From Octopus sinensis (lineage: Eukaryota): DNA of 64,000 bases. The notes beneath the pieces were generated by a model that saw nothing but the letters and a program-made list of their open reading frames with translations, searched no databases and was not told the DNA's origin. Location of the stretch: NCBI RefSeq assembly GCF_006345805.1, contig NC_043012.1:37696001-37760000 (forward strand), written 5' to 3'. Within the stretch, counting starts at the first letter, position 1; each line of letters begins with the position of its first letter. Shown piece by piece: positions 25,125-38,930 of this stretch. Made by a program: the position numbers and the translations under genes.

Positions 25125-25460
25125 TACTGGTTCCTGTGCTGGTGGCATGTAAAAAGCACCATTTGAGCGTGGTCGTTATTGGTGCCGCCTGATTGGCTCC
25201 CATATTGGTGGCATGTAAACAGCTCCAATCATGCTTGGCTGATGCCTGTACCGCCTGACTGGCCCTCGTGCCGGTGGCATGTAAAAGGCACTCACTACAC
25301 TCTTGGAGTCGTTGGCATTAGGGAGGGCATCCAGTTGTAGAAACCTTGCCAGATCAGATTGGAGACTGGTACAGCCTTCTGGCTCACCTGTCCTCAGTCA
25401 AACCATCCAACCCATGCCAGCATGGAAAGCAGACATTAAATGGTGATGATGATGATGATG
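25125..25460 (+). mobile_element. Family C SINE with two to three internal ~65-bp units
   Basis: GGCATGTAAAAAGCACC units followed by the GGGCATCCAG core and a (GAT)n tail. Confidence 0.85.
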
Positions 25461-25466
25461 ATGATA

Positions 25467-26400
25467 TATGTATATATACTAAGTTGAGTCAAAAGTTTTC
25501 TGGGATTTTCACTGATGATTTTTGGCAACTTGTATCTCCATTAATTTCACACAACTTGTTGATCAATCATTGCTAAATTGTTAGTTCTTTATTTTCATAT
25601 AAAATAATATTTTTTATTTCAAAGTTTTGATAATGAGTGGTGAAAATATTGCAATTAGAGCCAACTTAATTTACCTGTGGAAAAAAAAAAAAAAGATTGA
25701 GTGCAAGAGAAATTAATGACATAGAAGACCTAGGAACTGTCAACGAATGTGTGGCACAAAACTGGTTCAGATGTTTCAAGGAAGGTGACACAAACCTCAA
25801 AGCTAAACCAAGGTCAGGGAGGCCTTCTGTTGTGGAAGACGAGGCTTAGCTTGAAATGGTTGAACAACAGCCAAGCATTCATACATTGTCGGCAGAACTT
25901 AATCTTTCACAAAGCACCATCAATTGACACCACCTTAAGCTCATCCTTGCGAACAGATGCTGTCGAGAAGCTCCTCAGGAACTTAACCAATGACCAGGCT
26001 TAACAGCATGTGACATTTTCAAACAACTCCTGGCAAATGCATGAGATGCCTCTTTTTGGTGTAGAATTGCAACTGGGGACGAAAAATAGATCTATTTTCA
26101 TAATCCGAATAAAAGAAATCAGTGGCTTCAGGACTTGTCAAAGAGGGCTGTTGCACTTTGAGCTTGTCCCAGATGGTCACATCATGAACACTAACACTTA
26201 TGCTCAACAACTGCAAACATGTAGATGTTCCCTTATCGGCTCTTGATTGATATATAAACAAATCCATAATTATTTTTTCAGCAAGCTGGATGGTTAGATA
26301 ATATCCATGATCTCAAAAGTCGGTCACACTTAGAAATCCAGCCGGAATGTCTAATGAAGAATGGTTGCTATGGACAGAATCCTATGAAAGAGGTGTCTCA
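25467..26400 (+). mobile_element. Tc1/mariner (mariner-type) transposon relic with disrupted transposase
   Basis: From ATG 25633 the frames read GTVNECVAQNWFRCFKEGDTNLKAKPRSGRPS (HTH plus RSGRP linker), ATGDEK*IYF (first catalytic Asp) and LHFELVPDGHIMNTNTYAQQL. Several stops and frameshifts are present. Confidence 0.88.
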
Positions 26401-26639
26401 GAACTCTTCCACAATGACCCCATCCTCCAGAAATAGTGGGTGAAGAAGATAGCTGGACGGCTGAATCCATCTGATCTTTATGTGTAAAAGGCCAGTCCAA
26501 GCAAGACCAGAGAAACTGTAGTCATGAATGGATGTTATCATCATCATCATCATCATCCCAAGCAGGCACAGAGAGCAAAAAAATGAAAATAATAATAATG
26601 ATAAAAATAATAGCAACAACAATGGTTTCAAATTTTGGC

Positions 26640-26830
26640 ACAAAGCCAGCAATGTTGGGAGTGGGATAAGTTGCTTACATGATCCCCCAGTATTTGACTG
26701 GTACTTAGTCACTCAGAAAGGATGAAAAGCAAAGTTGACCTTGGTGGAATTTGATCTCAGTATGTAAGGACGAACAAAATGCCCCTGTGCATTTTGCTCA
26801 TTGTGTTAACGATTCTGCCAGCTTGTCGCC
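26640..26830 (-). mobile_element. Family A SINE
   Basis: GGATGAAAAGCAAAGTTGACCTTGGTGGAATTTGATCTCAG ... GATTCTGCCAGCTTG. Confidence 0.75.
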
Positions 26831-27029
26831 TTAATTATAATAACAATAATATTAAAAATAATAATAAGTTGTTTCAAGTGTAATTAGTTACCAATAGTAG
26901 TCATTATTCAAAATGTATGTAATTAATAGCCCAACCTACAATAATGAAATTCAGTAAACTCATGCACAACACAACCACCACCTCCACCACACACACACGC
27001 ACCACCACCACCATCATCACCGAGTAGAC

Positions 27030-27420
27030 AAACAGCATCTGAAAGCTGTAGAGGCCATGTACAAGGGTGCAGTCAGTAAGGTAAGAGTTAGCCATGAGTT
27101 CAGCAATGATTTGAGTATACAGGTAGGAGTTCACCTAGGTTTGATACTCAGTCCCCTCCTATTCATCATTGCCTTCCAGGCCGTAAGAGAGGAATTAAAG
27201 ATTAGCTGCGCCTCGGAACGACTTTATACTGATGATCTCACTCTCATAACAGAATTGGAAAAGAAATTCCAAGTGTGGAAGCAAACAAAGAGCCTTAAAG
27301 TTAGCTTAGCAAAGACTAAAGTTCGAGTAAGCAAAAAAACAGTCAAGTTTCTACCCACTTCAGGTAAATGGCCCTGCTTGTTATGTAGAAAAGATGTAGG
27401 CAGGAACACAATATGGTGTG
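27030..27420 (+). pseudogene. RTE-clade LINE reverse transcriptase fragment
   Basis: ORF 27057: VGVHLGLILSPLLFII (cf. GVHQGSVLSPLLF), LYTDDL (YADD-like), LKVSLAKTKV, and WPCLLCRKDVGRN (Cys motif). Confidence 0.85.
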
Positions 27421-27887
27421 TGTGTGTGTGTGTATACATATACACACACATGTATAAATTATTATGTTACGTATATTTGTCTCTCTTTCTCTTTCCTCTA
27501 AGTGTATGTGTGTGTGTGTGTATACATACATATCTCTTTGTGTTCTTGCCCAAAGCTGTGATATTGCTGGGGCACATACACACACACATATATATACACA
27601 TACATATGTGTGTGTTGCTAATACGTTCAAATTACCATTATCACAAAGCTGCATTGTACTTTATGATATAGATAAAAATAAAAAATAAAAATAAAAACAA
27701 GAAATAAGAGTTCTGTATTGATCAGAAAATCAATGGAATGGGTTTGGTCATTGTCCCAGTTACTGGCCAATACAAACTTCAATTCTATATTTACATGTTT
27801 ATTTTGTAGTGATGAAGTAAAGACCCGGGAAGGAGGGGGGGGACAGGCGGTCACACCAACCTCAGCAATAACAAGTATAAGGCAGCA

Positions 27888-28270
27888 AGTTGGCAGAAAT
27901 GTTAGCACGCCGGGCGAAATGCTTAGCAGTATTTCATCTGTCGCTACGTTCTGAGTTCAAATTCCGTCGAGGTCGACTTTGCCTTTCATCCTTTCGGGGT
28001 TGATAAATTAAGTACCAGTTACGCACTGGGGTTGATATAATCGACTTAATCCGTTTGTCTGTCCTCTCTGTGTTTAGCCCTTTGTGGGTAGTAAAGAATT
28101 AAGTATTTCGTCTGCTGCTACGTTCTGAGTTCAAATTCTGCCAAGGTCGAATTTGCCTTTCATCCTTTCAGGGTCAATAATTTAAGTACCAGTTGTGTAT
28201 TGGGGTTGATCTAATTGACTGGCACCCCTTCCCCAAAAATTTCAGGCCTTGCACCTAGAGTAGAAAAGAA
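27888..28270 (+). mobile_element. Family A SINE, dimeric form
   Basis: Duplicated body with the same linker as 10858-11250. Confidence 0.88.
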
Positions 28271-28397
28271 TATATAACAAGTATTTCGTTTGTAAACTTA
28301 AATGGAAGAAGGTCTCCTAAACAGCATCGCTGACCTCCAATACCCAGTTCTGAACTCAAAGACAGAACTAAATATCATAGGGTATGTCTTCCTGCTT

Positions 28398-28885
28398 TTA
28401 CTTGCTTCAGTCATTAGACTGCAGCTATGCTGGGGCACCACCTAGAAGAATTACTAGTCGAATGAACTGACCCCAATACCTTTTTTTTATTCTTTTTAAG
28501 CCTGGTACTAATTCTATCAGTCTCTTTTACTGAACTGTTAAGTTAGGGGAACATAAGCACACCAATACCAGTTGTCAAACAGTGGTAAAGGAAAAACACA
28601 GGTGCACACACACGAACACACACACACACACTCACACAGTGTGTTTTTGATTGTCTATTTGTTTAAAATTGTTCTTTTTTTGTCTTCTTGCTGAACACTC
28701 ATACGTCATTTTTGACAGGAGATTCCATCAAATATACATAACAGGCTTCTTCAGTTTCCATCTACCAAATCCACTCACCAAGGCCTTAGTTGGTCCAAGG
28801 TTATAGTCAAAGACACTTGTCCAAGGTACTAAGCAGTGGAACCCAGAACCATGTGGTTGGGAACCAAGCTTCTTACCACAAAGCC
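28398..28885 (-). mobile_element. Family B SINE
   Basis: Tail TTTTACTTGCTTCAGTCATTAGACTG; head GAACCATGTGGTTGGGAACCAAGCTTCTTACCAC. Confidence 0.8.
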
Positions 28886-29510
28886 TTAATAAACATTGTT
28901 GTTTAGTTCAAATCAGACAGATCAAAGACAATCTAATCATGGCAATTTGTATTCTATTTAAAACCAATATACAGTACTACATAGACATAGTATAGTAGAC
29001 AGAACTATACCAGCAATAGTATGGCACACATAGGACTATATTAGAGAGAACTCAATAGAGTGGAAAGGAACAATTTTGGAAGAGATTCAACTAGATTCAA
29101 CTGGTGTAGAGATGGAGGATAAGCTGACAGCAAATAGGGTAGGATTCTATTTTTTTGTTTTTTTCCATGGAATAACTGCTAACAGAACAGTTATGGTTGA
29201 GAAGTGGAGAAAAAGAGGATTCCATAAAATTGGCAGAGATTCCTTTGGTAAGGAACCAAAAGGATTGTTGCAGTTTGGGAGGTAGGAATGCTTGTAGTCT
29301 GTGTGATGCACAGCAACATCCTTCAAAGTTTGAGTAATGGTTTGGCAGGAAGTGTAGAGCTGAGTAAAAACCCATCTAGTTTGTAAAGGTAGGTTATTTA
29401 GCCCTGGGTCAACCTTGACTGAGCAACTCTAAGATCAAAAATAATTCAGTCTTAACCATTCTTTCTTTGTAGAAATATCTAAAAACATTAGCTCATACTG
29501 TTTTCTTTAT

Positions 29511-29712
29511 TTAACTCTTTAGCATTTAAACCGGGCCCCAAAATTCTGTTTTAGTTTCAAACCATCCAGAACTAACCTCTTACACTGACCCTATTACATC
29601 ATTCTAAAAATAAACAATCATGTCATCAAAGCCTCAAAGCTACAAGAGAATACATGATTAATTCAAACCAATGTGAATAAATAAGCATTACATTCAACAG
29701 AATAAATGTGAA
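29511..29712 (+). mobile_element. TTAA-associated MITE family 2 (piggyBac-like), 3' end missing
   Basis: TTAACTCTTTAGCATTTAAACC start; related copies at ~33340-33520(-), 34485-34695, 40325-40750, 41010-41150(-) and 42558-43003(-). Confidence 0.7.
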
Positions 29713-29743
29713 CACTGCACTGTTAAGGATGGCAGATAGTCAT

Positions 29744-29972
29744 TTAACCCTTTCATTACCAACCCAGCTGAAACTAGCTCTGGTTCTGTAATACAAATGT
29801 CTTGTTTTCATAAGTTTTGAATTAAAATCTTCCACCAAACCTTAGTTGCAATTTATGCTCTTAACACTAGCTGAATGATAACTAAGTTATTTTACTACAT
29901 TCTTTGTTATATTTAAAATAATTGAGAGAAACACAGAGCATCTCGAAATAAATACAGTAACGAAAGGGTTAA
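29744..29972 (+). mobile_element. piggyBac-like MITE family 1
   Basis: TTAA-CCCTTTCATTAC ... GTAACGAAAGGG-TTAA terminal inverted repeats with TTAA on both sides; second copy at 42765-42988. Confidence 0.88.
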
Positions 29973-30302
29973 GAGAGATCTGATATTGTTTTTAATAAAT
30001 TAATAAAGGTTCCTTGATCAGTTCAAAATAAGAACTCGTAATATGCTATGGTTGGTTCAATCAACCATGCACTTTCAACTTGCCCTGGGGTTAACCTAAG
30101 GAATTCAATATTTATAATCAATTAAGCAGGAAATTGGTTATTGAAACAATAAAACAAATAATAGGGAGTTACTATGACAGTAAAAATTACTAACAAAGGA
30201 ATTGTTGAGACACTATAAGAAGGGGGTTATTGAAATAGAGAAAAAGAAACTGATAAAAAGGAGGTTGTTGAGAGAGTAAAGGAGTTATTAAGTGACCTTT
30301 TA

Positions 30303-30605
30303 TGGTTAGGTGGTAAGAAGTCTGCTTCCCAAACACATGGTTCCGGGTTCAGTCCAACTGCATGGCACCTTGGGCAAGCGTCTCCTATTATTAGCCTTTG
30401 GTGAGTGGATTTGGTAGGCGGAAACTGAAAGAAGCCAGTCATGTGTGTGTGTGTGTGTGTGCCCACCACTAACAGTTCAGCAAAAGACCCCAATAGAATA
30501 AGAATTAATAAATACTGGTGGGGGTCGATTCATTCATCTAAAAATACTACAAGGTGGTGCTCCAGCATGGTCAGAATATAATGACTGAAACAAGTAAAAG
30601 ATAAA
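30303..30605 (+). mobile_element. Family B SINE (internally deleted)
   Basis: Head GGTGGTAAGAAGTCTGCTTCCC; tail GGTGCTCCAGCATGG...GACTGAAACAAG. Confidence 0.8.
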
Positions 30606-30774
30606 AGAGGATTCTTAAGTTCAAATTCCAAAGTTATTTCCAGTTGTCACATTGAGTAAAACCCCAATAATTATAAATTTCTGGTATTTTAGGGTTAGGG
30701 GAAGGGTTAGGATTCAATTTGTGATCATTCAACTGACTGAAATAACAGCTAAATCTCCTTTGAATTAAATTTGG

Positions 30775-31140
30775 TACATTTATAAAACCCATCATTTTGA
30801 ATCTGGGTTTTGTCCCTGTTAACAAGGGTGGCCGGATCTACCTCACACCATCTTGCCTGGTTTTGGGCGTCCTCTCTTCTGAAGCCAACCCTTCCAATCT
30901 CCTCCTCTCCTCAGGCTGCGGGCCATCATAAAACATCTCATGCTTGCACAACCCAGGATGAAGGTTTGCACCTTACTTTTCCAGGTAGGCAGGTGCAGCC
31001 CACCCCAACCTTTGAGCTGGCTGGTGCCCATTCTCCTTTGCTATTATCATGAGGCCTTATCATAGCTGGATTTTTCTACGGGGAACATGCTCTTGCTTAC
31101 CCCCAACCTCAGTTTCTAGACATGAGTGGTCCCGAGACCA
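30775..31140 (-). mobile_element. Short non-autonomous RTE-like derivative (longer sister of 15040-15278)
   Basis: Shared AGAAACTGAGGTTGGG...AAAATCCAGCT...AGCAAAGGAGAATGG...GATCCGGCCACCC blocks. Confidence 0.65.
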
Positions 31141-31834
31141 AGGCCCCTACCACGATGTGTTAGGGAATCTGGTGGAAAACTAGCTCAGGAAGGCAGGGAT
31201 GCTACTCCCTGAGACCCATTTTGGAAATAGAAAATGATGCACTGGATATTTTGTTTCTGGATGAAAAAAAAAAAGAAAAAGAAAAAAAACAGGATGATCA
31301 TGGCTGGAGAGGGGGAGAGTTATGACCATTGATCCACTTGATCTGGGCTGACTTTGAAATGAATTGCAATAACGATGCTGCGGTGTTGACCATCCAAGTT
31401 AATTGAATCAACTTTACGGTCTTGCTTTTCAGAACTAAGCTTATATTTTGTGAACAGAAATGAATACGTAGAATCGTTAGAGATTAGCAAGTGGCGAGAA
31501 TGGGTGGAACAACCCCATGGCTGATGGTTGCCAATTATACGGACATGGTTTGTGGTGTTCTTTTATTCTTTCACTTGTTTCAGTCATTTGACTGTGGCCG
31601 TGCTGGAGCAGCAGGTTAAATGGTTGTTTTTAGCCGAAAAAAAATCAACCTCAGAACTTTATTCTTTGTAAATTTAGTACTTATTCAATCGGTCTCTTTT
31701 GCTGAACTGCTAGGCGGGGGAGACAAACACAGATATAAAGATATAAATATATATGCACACACATATATATATAAATAAATAAATATATAAGGATACATGT
31801 GTGTGTGTGTGTGTGTGCGTATATGTATATATAT

Positions 31835-32028
31835 ACAGGTGGCACATAAAAAGCACCCACTACATTCATGGAGTGGTTAGCGTTAGGAAGGGCATCCAGC
31901 TGTAGAAACATTGCCAGATAAGACCGGAGCCTGGTGCAGCCTTCTGGCTTCCCAGATCCCCGGTCAAACCGTCCAACCCATGCTAGCATGGAGAACGGAC
32001 GTTAAACGATGATGATGATGATGATGAT
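31835..32028 (+). mobile_element. Family C SINE
   Basis: AAAAGCACCCACTACA...GGAAGGGCATCCAGCTGTAGAAAC...GGACGTTAAAC(GAT)n. Confidence 0.9.
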
Positions 32029-32252
32029 ACACAACAGGCTTCTTTCTGTTTCTGTCTCCACTCACAAAGCTTTAGACACCCCAAGCCTATAGTAGAAGAC
32101 ACTTGCCTAAGGTGTCATGCAACGGAACTGAACCCAGAACTCTGTGGTCAAGAAACAAGCTTCTTACCACAGAGCCACGCCTGTGCCTAGATACAATAAT
32201 GACAATAACAATGATAATGAATTTAATGATGATGATGTATATTATCTAGTTA

Positions 32253-32460
32253 CGGCAGTGAGCTGGCAGAATCGTTAGCATGCTGGGCAAAATGCTTATC
32301 GGCATTTCATCTGTCACATTCTGAGTTCAAATTCCAATGAAGTCAACTATACCTTTCATCCTTTCAGGTTTGATAAAATAAATACCAACTGAGTACTGGG
32401 GTTGGCAAAATCAATTTACCCCCTACCCCCAAAACCGATGGCCTTGTGCCAAAATTTCAA
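32253..32460 (+). mobile_element. Family A SINE
   Basis: GAGCTGGCAGAATCGTTAGC ... GGCCTTGTGCC. Confidence 0.8.
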
Positions 32461-32689
32461 ATCAATATTTCTTATCTGGTTAACAGTGGTAAACAAATAA
32501 GACTTCTGCCTGCTCTGTCAGTCATTTTTACAAATTAGTCAACTTAAGAATGAAAGTCTCATTAAAAACAGCTAAGATTAGCAAGTATTTTTGAAAAAAA
32601 AAAAAATCCAGCAAGGCACAAATATTACAGACACAGAAACTACTGTAATAAGTTGAGGGGCTTTGTAGCCTTCACCCAAAAGAAGAAAA

Positions 32690-32970
32690 ACAGGAGCACT
32701 CAGAGAGTGCAAACCTCCACCTAGGCAACACCAATGTCCTCCTAACAATTAGCGGGAGATGATTTTTAAAATGAGAAGATCTGAAATAAACTCAACTACT
32801 CTCACAAACGAGAATGCTAAAAATGAACTTGACTGCTCTCAACAATTGAGTAAAAGAACAGGAAAAATAATCCAGAATCCTTGTCCATTACTGGATCAAT
32901 CACAAGATCTAATCAGTTTGTGCCAGTCATGAGGTCAAATATCTCTGAAAGTTTCATCTGAATCCAAGTA
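32690..32970 (+). repeat. Unclassified dispersed repeat; sister copy at ~41285-41645 on the minus strand
   Basis: GAGCACTCAGAGAGTGCAAACCTCCACC...AATTAGCGGGAGATGATTTTTAAAATGAGAAGATCTGAAATAAACTC is shared. Confidence 0.85.
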
Positions 32971-33642
32971 GATTTGCTAGACAGAAACTGAACAAAGCCT
33001 GTCATATGTGTGTGTGTGTGTGTCTATGTTTGTCATCTACCACCACTTGACAACCAGTGTTGGTGTGTTTATGTCCCCTGTTACTTAGCATTTTGGTAAA
33101 AGAGACCTACAGAATAAGTACCAGGCTTTAAAAAAAAATGATAATAAACCCTGCAGTTGATTTGTTTGGTGGTGTCCCAACATGGCCACAGTCAAATGAC
33201 TGAAACAAGTAAGAGATAAAAGATATTACTAAGAACAGTCTTTTCTTATGTGTAAAAGACATGAGAAGCAAAATTACTGCTGACGGCGACGATGATGATG
33301 ATGCTTAAACCTAATTAAGGCCAGAGCTATGATTAACCCTTTAATTAACCCCTTAACATCCAGATTATGCTGTCAGATGTAATACTTACTTAAAATGATC
33401 CTGCATTATCTTGTAGCTTTGTGATGGGAATGACGCGGTTGTTTATTTTTAGAATGGCATTGCAGGGTAAGTGTGACAGGCTGGATCTGGCTGGTTTGAA
33501 AACAAAACAGGTAGGTAGAATATTTTGGCCTGATGCTAAGTTGAAATCATGTTTGCTCTTTTCTCGTAATGGCCTTGTAGAAAGTTGTGTGGGATGGTAT
33601 ACCTCCACATGATACTTATTGACAGTTAGAGGAACTGGGTAG

Positions 33643-33742
33643 TATAGTAGTAGCAGTAGTAGTAGTAGTAGTAGTAGTAGTTGTAGTAGTAGTAGTAGTA
33701 ATAGTAGCAGCAGCAACAGTAGCAGCAGTAGTAGTAGTAGTA
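33643..33742. repeat. (AGT)n/(AGC)n trinucleotide microsatellite
   Basis: Direct reading. The poly-Leu ORF here is an artefact. Confidence 0.95.
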
Positions 33743-35947
33743 CAAGCTGTTGTGACTATTGATTTCTGTCATTTAGTCTACAGTTCTCTTTCTCTCCCCC
33801 TACTGAGGACCAAAGTCAATATTTGAAACCTCAGAAGACATCATCATTATCAACACCACCACCACCACCACCACCACATGACACACATTTAGTCACAGAT
33901 ATTAACTGCTGCTGCTGCTGTTACACTTATACAATCAACATGAACTCAGAAACTACTTAATTATACTAATGTAAATGGAAGGAGCCTCTACGTGGATGAT
34001 CAAGATCCAAAACATAGCAGCTAAATTCTTTCAAATTCTGCCCTATTGTCTTAGAAGAACAACAGTGTAGTTCTAGGTATATAAAAAAAGATTTGGTGCC
34101 CACAGCTAGGACACTTTCAATCAGGACTGACTCCAGGGTTAAACAACAAATGTCACTGAACCCAAGGACTCTTTTTCTATTACTGGTCTTCAGCCGTAAG
34201 ACTCATGGAGTCAGTTCCCTAGTTTCCATGACCTATAAGGGGCCAAGATCACAAAAGTCCTCCTGAATGGGATGCCAGTTCATCACAGGGTTACTCATTT
34301 ACATCCGTGTTCTTGTGATTGTGAATGTGACAATCTAACCCCTAGGTTATGTGCGTTCACCATACTGAATCCAAGAGAAGGGTAAAAATACTCAACTGAA
34401 TGGCCCACATCCTGGACAAACATGGTTAGCTGATGAAGAAATGACTTGGTCAGGGCAGTCAGAGGCTTAGCTCTTTGAAGCACTTATACCAGACATATTC
34501 AATCAAAATATTCTGTTTTTTGTTCAAAGTAGCCAGATCCAGTCTGTCACACCTACCCTGCAATGTCATTCTAAAAATAAACAGTCTCATCACTGAAATT
34601 TTGAAGCTATGTGAGAATGTATGATTAATTTAAAACACTATGAATAAATAAGTGTTATGTTTGACAGAGTAATTTGAATGCTGGAGGGTTAAAGAGGAGG
34701 AGTCAGAAGAGAAAGGACAAAAGTTGAAGAAAAGGGGAGAAAGAGGAAATAGAGGGAGAAGAATGAAGAATACAGAAAGAGATGAATCTTTCATACACCA
34801 GTGAAATTCTATGGTTGAGCTGGCACCGTTAATAAAAGAAGTATCTAACTGTAAAATTATTCCAAACAAACAAATGTGAGGAACCCTACAACAAATGTGA
34901 GTGGCTGATAAACAAGAATAATTTCAGAAAATAATAGAAAAAGGTACTGGGAAGAGATGAAAAAACAAAAACAAAAACTATTGAATGGGAAAAATCAATA
35001 AGAAAAAATCACATGAATGAAAATGATGGATGATATTAATTTGATTGATGAGAAAATGAAAGTGTGATATTCAGCATACGAGGAAGAAATGAATCCGTAA
35101 GGAGACAGACCAAGAGAAAACAATGGAGAGGATAGGACAATCACTGACAAAACAGGCTCTGGCAACCTATTTTGAGAAGTAGGTCACGAGACATGGCTCA
35201 TCATCATGTGGGGGCACACACTACTAAAAATTAAAAAAAGAAAAAGAAATCAAAGTTAATTTTTCATCAGGCAAGCCATTCAGTAAGCTGTGCAGGCCAT
35301 AATGTGAGTAACCATGCAGCAAGAAACCTGTTCTGCTCTGGCCCCTTCTGTCATACTTAAAACCCTTCATCTCCTAGCATAAAGACACATCTCTTGGGGG
35401 TTTGTAGTCTTGCAAGTTGATGGCTTACAAAAGCATTCAGTATATGCTGCAAAACGTTGAGCTTTGGAAAGGGCAGCCAGCCACAGAAAGCAGAGTAAAG
35501 TAGCCAATGGAGCAATGATGTAGTCCTTGGGGCCCCCATCAAATTCTGTCAAACCATGCAACTCATATCAGCATGGAACATGGACATTGATTTATGATGA
35601 CGATAATGATGCAACAGCTGTGAGAAGGCCGATTCCTTGACTTTTTTGTTTTTCCAAGCTTTCCAAAATTTATGACCCTTTACAGGAACTCAGAAACCAG
35701 TGGTGGCAAGGGAAATAATCTCAAACCAAAGATCTGGTTTAAATACTTGCAGCAGAGTGACTCCATGACCCCACAAAAGGCACCGAAGACCAGATGTAGG
35801 TGTTGAACTATATTGGTGAGACAGTCTCGAGTTGAAATTTAGTTGCAGGGAGAGAATATCTATGGCAATATTTCTCAACCATATTTATCTCAAACCCCAT
35901 TTTGAAATTCAAAAACAAAACAAACAAAAAAAATGTTTGCCTATCAC

Positions 35948-35948
35948 A

Positions 35949-36018
<70 letters not shown>

Positions 36019-36023
36019 TATAT

Positions 36024-36078
<55 letters not shown>

Positions 36079-36085
36079 TAGATAT
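35948..36085. repeat. (GT)(TA)(GATA)n compound microsatellite
   Basis: Direct reading. Confidence 0.95.
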
Positions 36086-36750
36086 ATACACTTTTGCTGA
36101 ACCGCTAAGTTACGGGGATGTAGACACACCAACATCAGTTGTCAAGCAATGATGCGGGGACAAATACAGACACAAATACACACGCATGCACACACACACG
36201 CACACACACATGATGGGTTTCTTTCAGTTTCCATCTACTAAATCCATTCACAAGGCTCTGGTCAGCACGAGGCTATAACAGAAGACACTTGTCCAAGGTG
36301 CAACGAAGTGGGACTGAACCCCAAACCATGTGACTGGAAAGCAACCTGCACCTATATCTATCTATATCTTTTACTTGTTTTAGTCATTAAAAGTGTGGCC
36401 AAGCTGGGGCACTGCCTTCAGAAGTCTTTAGTCAAATGACTCAACCCCAGGAACCTTTTTTTCTTTTTAAGCCTGGTACTTATTCTATCAGCTTCTTTTG
36501 CTGGACTGCTAAGTTACAGGGACATAAACACACCAACACCAGTTGTCAAGCAATGGATGGCGATAAAACACACACACACACACATATATGTATGTATGTA
36601 TATAAGAGGCTTCTTTCAGTTTCCGCCTACCAAATCCACTCATAAGGCTTTGATTGGCCTGAAACTGAGGCTATAGTAGAAGACAGTAGCCCAAGATGCC
36701 ACACAATGGAACTGAACCTAGAACCATGTGGTTGGGAAGCAAGCTTCTTA
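36085..36750 (-). mobile_element. Two tandem family B SINE copies (36085-36345 and 36365-36750)
   Basis: Both match the reverse complement of 22919-23320. Confidence 0.85.
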
Positions 36751-38930
36751 CCTCACTGAAAGTGTTATTCATTTCTTACTTACAGCCGCCCCATCCTGAA
36801 GTAACCCTGCCTCACTAAAATATTGCTACATTCTACCTTGAGAAACACTGATCTATATAAGCACACAATCTGATAGAAATAACAGCCAAATCTTCAATTC
36901 ATATTTAAAAAAGGAAGGACATATTGGATATTGTAATCTTAAACACACTAGGTTTGATGAACAGGGTGATCATAAAATACTTTTGACCATAGTTCTGGAT
37001 TAGTGATTAAGCCAAATAACACCTCCAAAGTGGTTACTCAACTTGCTAGAAACAGCTGTTAAATCTCCCTCAAATCATGCTGCAGTCTTTAAAAAGAAGG
37101 ACACACTGGATAATGGAATCTTCAATACACTGTTTATGGGAAGGGGTGAGGGATAATATAGGCAGGTTTCAGTGGGAATATTTTTCATAATACACCCACT
37201 TGATCACAGCTGAACAGCAAGTAGTAATGCTCCCTAATTAAATTGTTAGCATTGGCAAGTGCAGTCAACTGTAACAAATAAACCATCCCATTTATATAAG
37301 CATAGCAAAATGGATGAAAAACAATTAACAAAAAAAAAAAGGAAAAAAGCAGCAATGATTTATATTTAATCTTAACATGTTCCTGTAGATTTCAACGCCA
37401 ATATGCCAGTCCCTGTTGTATATGTCACAGGGGAAGAACTTCTTTTTTACGACAACAATGCATTCATAACACTCTTGGCTTACTGGTATGAGGGATTCTG
37501 GGACACCAGTATTTCGACATGTGTCTCATCTACCAGAAACACTCAGACCTTTGATCCTAAACAACTCAGTGGCTTTGTTTATAATTTCAGCAAACAAATC
37601 ATTTGCTGATCAGTGCTTATCACCACCAACAACTCTTTTTTTTCTAGAGCTTTTGATGCAATGAAACAAGACTGAAGCTGGTTTGGGTTTGGTCTTACTT
37701 CTACTCATCTAGGTATATACTCTCATGTTACGTCATAAGAAGGTTTCATCCTCATACTGCTGTGGTATATGTGCTGTGTCCAATCCCATAACACAGTTTT
37801 CCTGGCATGCTATTATGGCAGAAGTAAATCTGTCTCCAACTCAGTTGCACACCATCAAGCAAACAGTGTCCTTCATTTCCAGTGTTCTGGGATGCATCTG
37901 GTCATTGGGAAATATTATCTTTCTTGAAAGCAGGTGAGGGTTGGCTACAGGAAGGGCATCTGGCTGTAGGAACTCCACCTCTATAAACCCTGTCCAAACC
38001 ATACAAGTATAGAAAAGTGGATGTCAGAACACTGATGATGATTTAATTTTTTACATAGGCAGCACAAAGCCACAAAAGTGACCGAGACCTTTGGCTCATG
38101 GAGGTAATGATAAGTGACCAAGATCTTTAGCAACATGTCATGCTTAAGAAGACCCATCAAGCCAAATGAAACCATAGTCATGGCCGATGTCGGTGTTACA
38201 TAACAGTCACATAAAATGCACCCCTGAAACATTGAGCTTCACGGAAGCAATAATAAGTGACAGACCTTTGGCAATATGCTGTGCTTGAGAAGACCTGTGA
38301 AGCCAAGTGAAACCATAGTTTCATTTGGTTGATGCCAGTGTCACATAAACAGCACCCAATACACTCTTGGAGTGGTTAGTGTTAGGAAGAGCATCTAGCC
38401 GCAGAAACCAAACCAAATCAGACTGGAACCTGGTGTAGCTTTACAGATTACTAGTTTCAGTCAAGCCCATGCCAGTATGGAAAGCAGACGCTAAATGACG
38501 ATGACGATGATGATGATGATGATGCAGGTGACTGGAATACTATATAACTAATACCTATTTTTATCAATACTACTCTCATAGTATAGAACTTGTTGATTAC
38601 AAGGAATATTTATTTTTCTAAAAGCTACAATGACTGAAACAAGGTAATGACATCCAGATAATCTTTCTAATCAGCAAAGTAGCCAGACAAGATAGAAGAC
38701 CCATTGTCACTCGGGCTGAATTGAATTTTAACTGAAGTAGTCAAACAAGACTGCACCAATAATTATGTACACACAGATTAATTAGAGAGCAACGTGTAAT
38801 TCTAGTTAACTGTGGAGTGGTGGTGATGAGAGAGGAAATATATTGGAGTGGAGTAGTGCCGAATTGAGTGTAGCAGTTGTGAGTGGATTCAACAGTGAAA
38901 ATTGAAAATTAGAAGAAATTCAGGTTCATT

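Noticed and set aside
37430-37706. Minus-strand frame MSRSKTKPK... interrupted only by TGA codons (selenoprotein or readthrough idea)
   Set aside because: There is no recognisable domain or SECIS-like element, and two TGA stops in ~100 codons are unremarkable.
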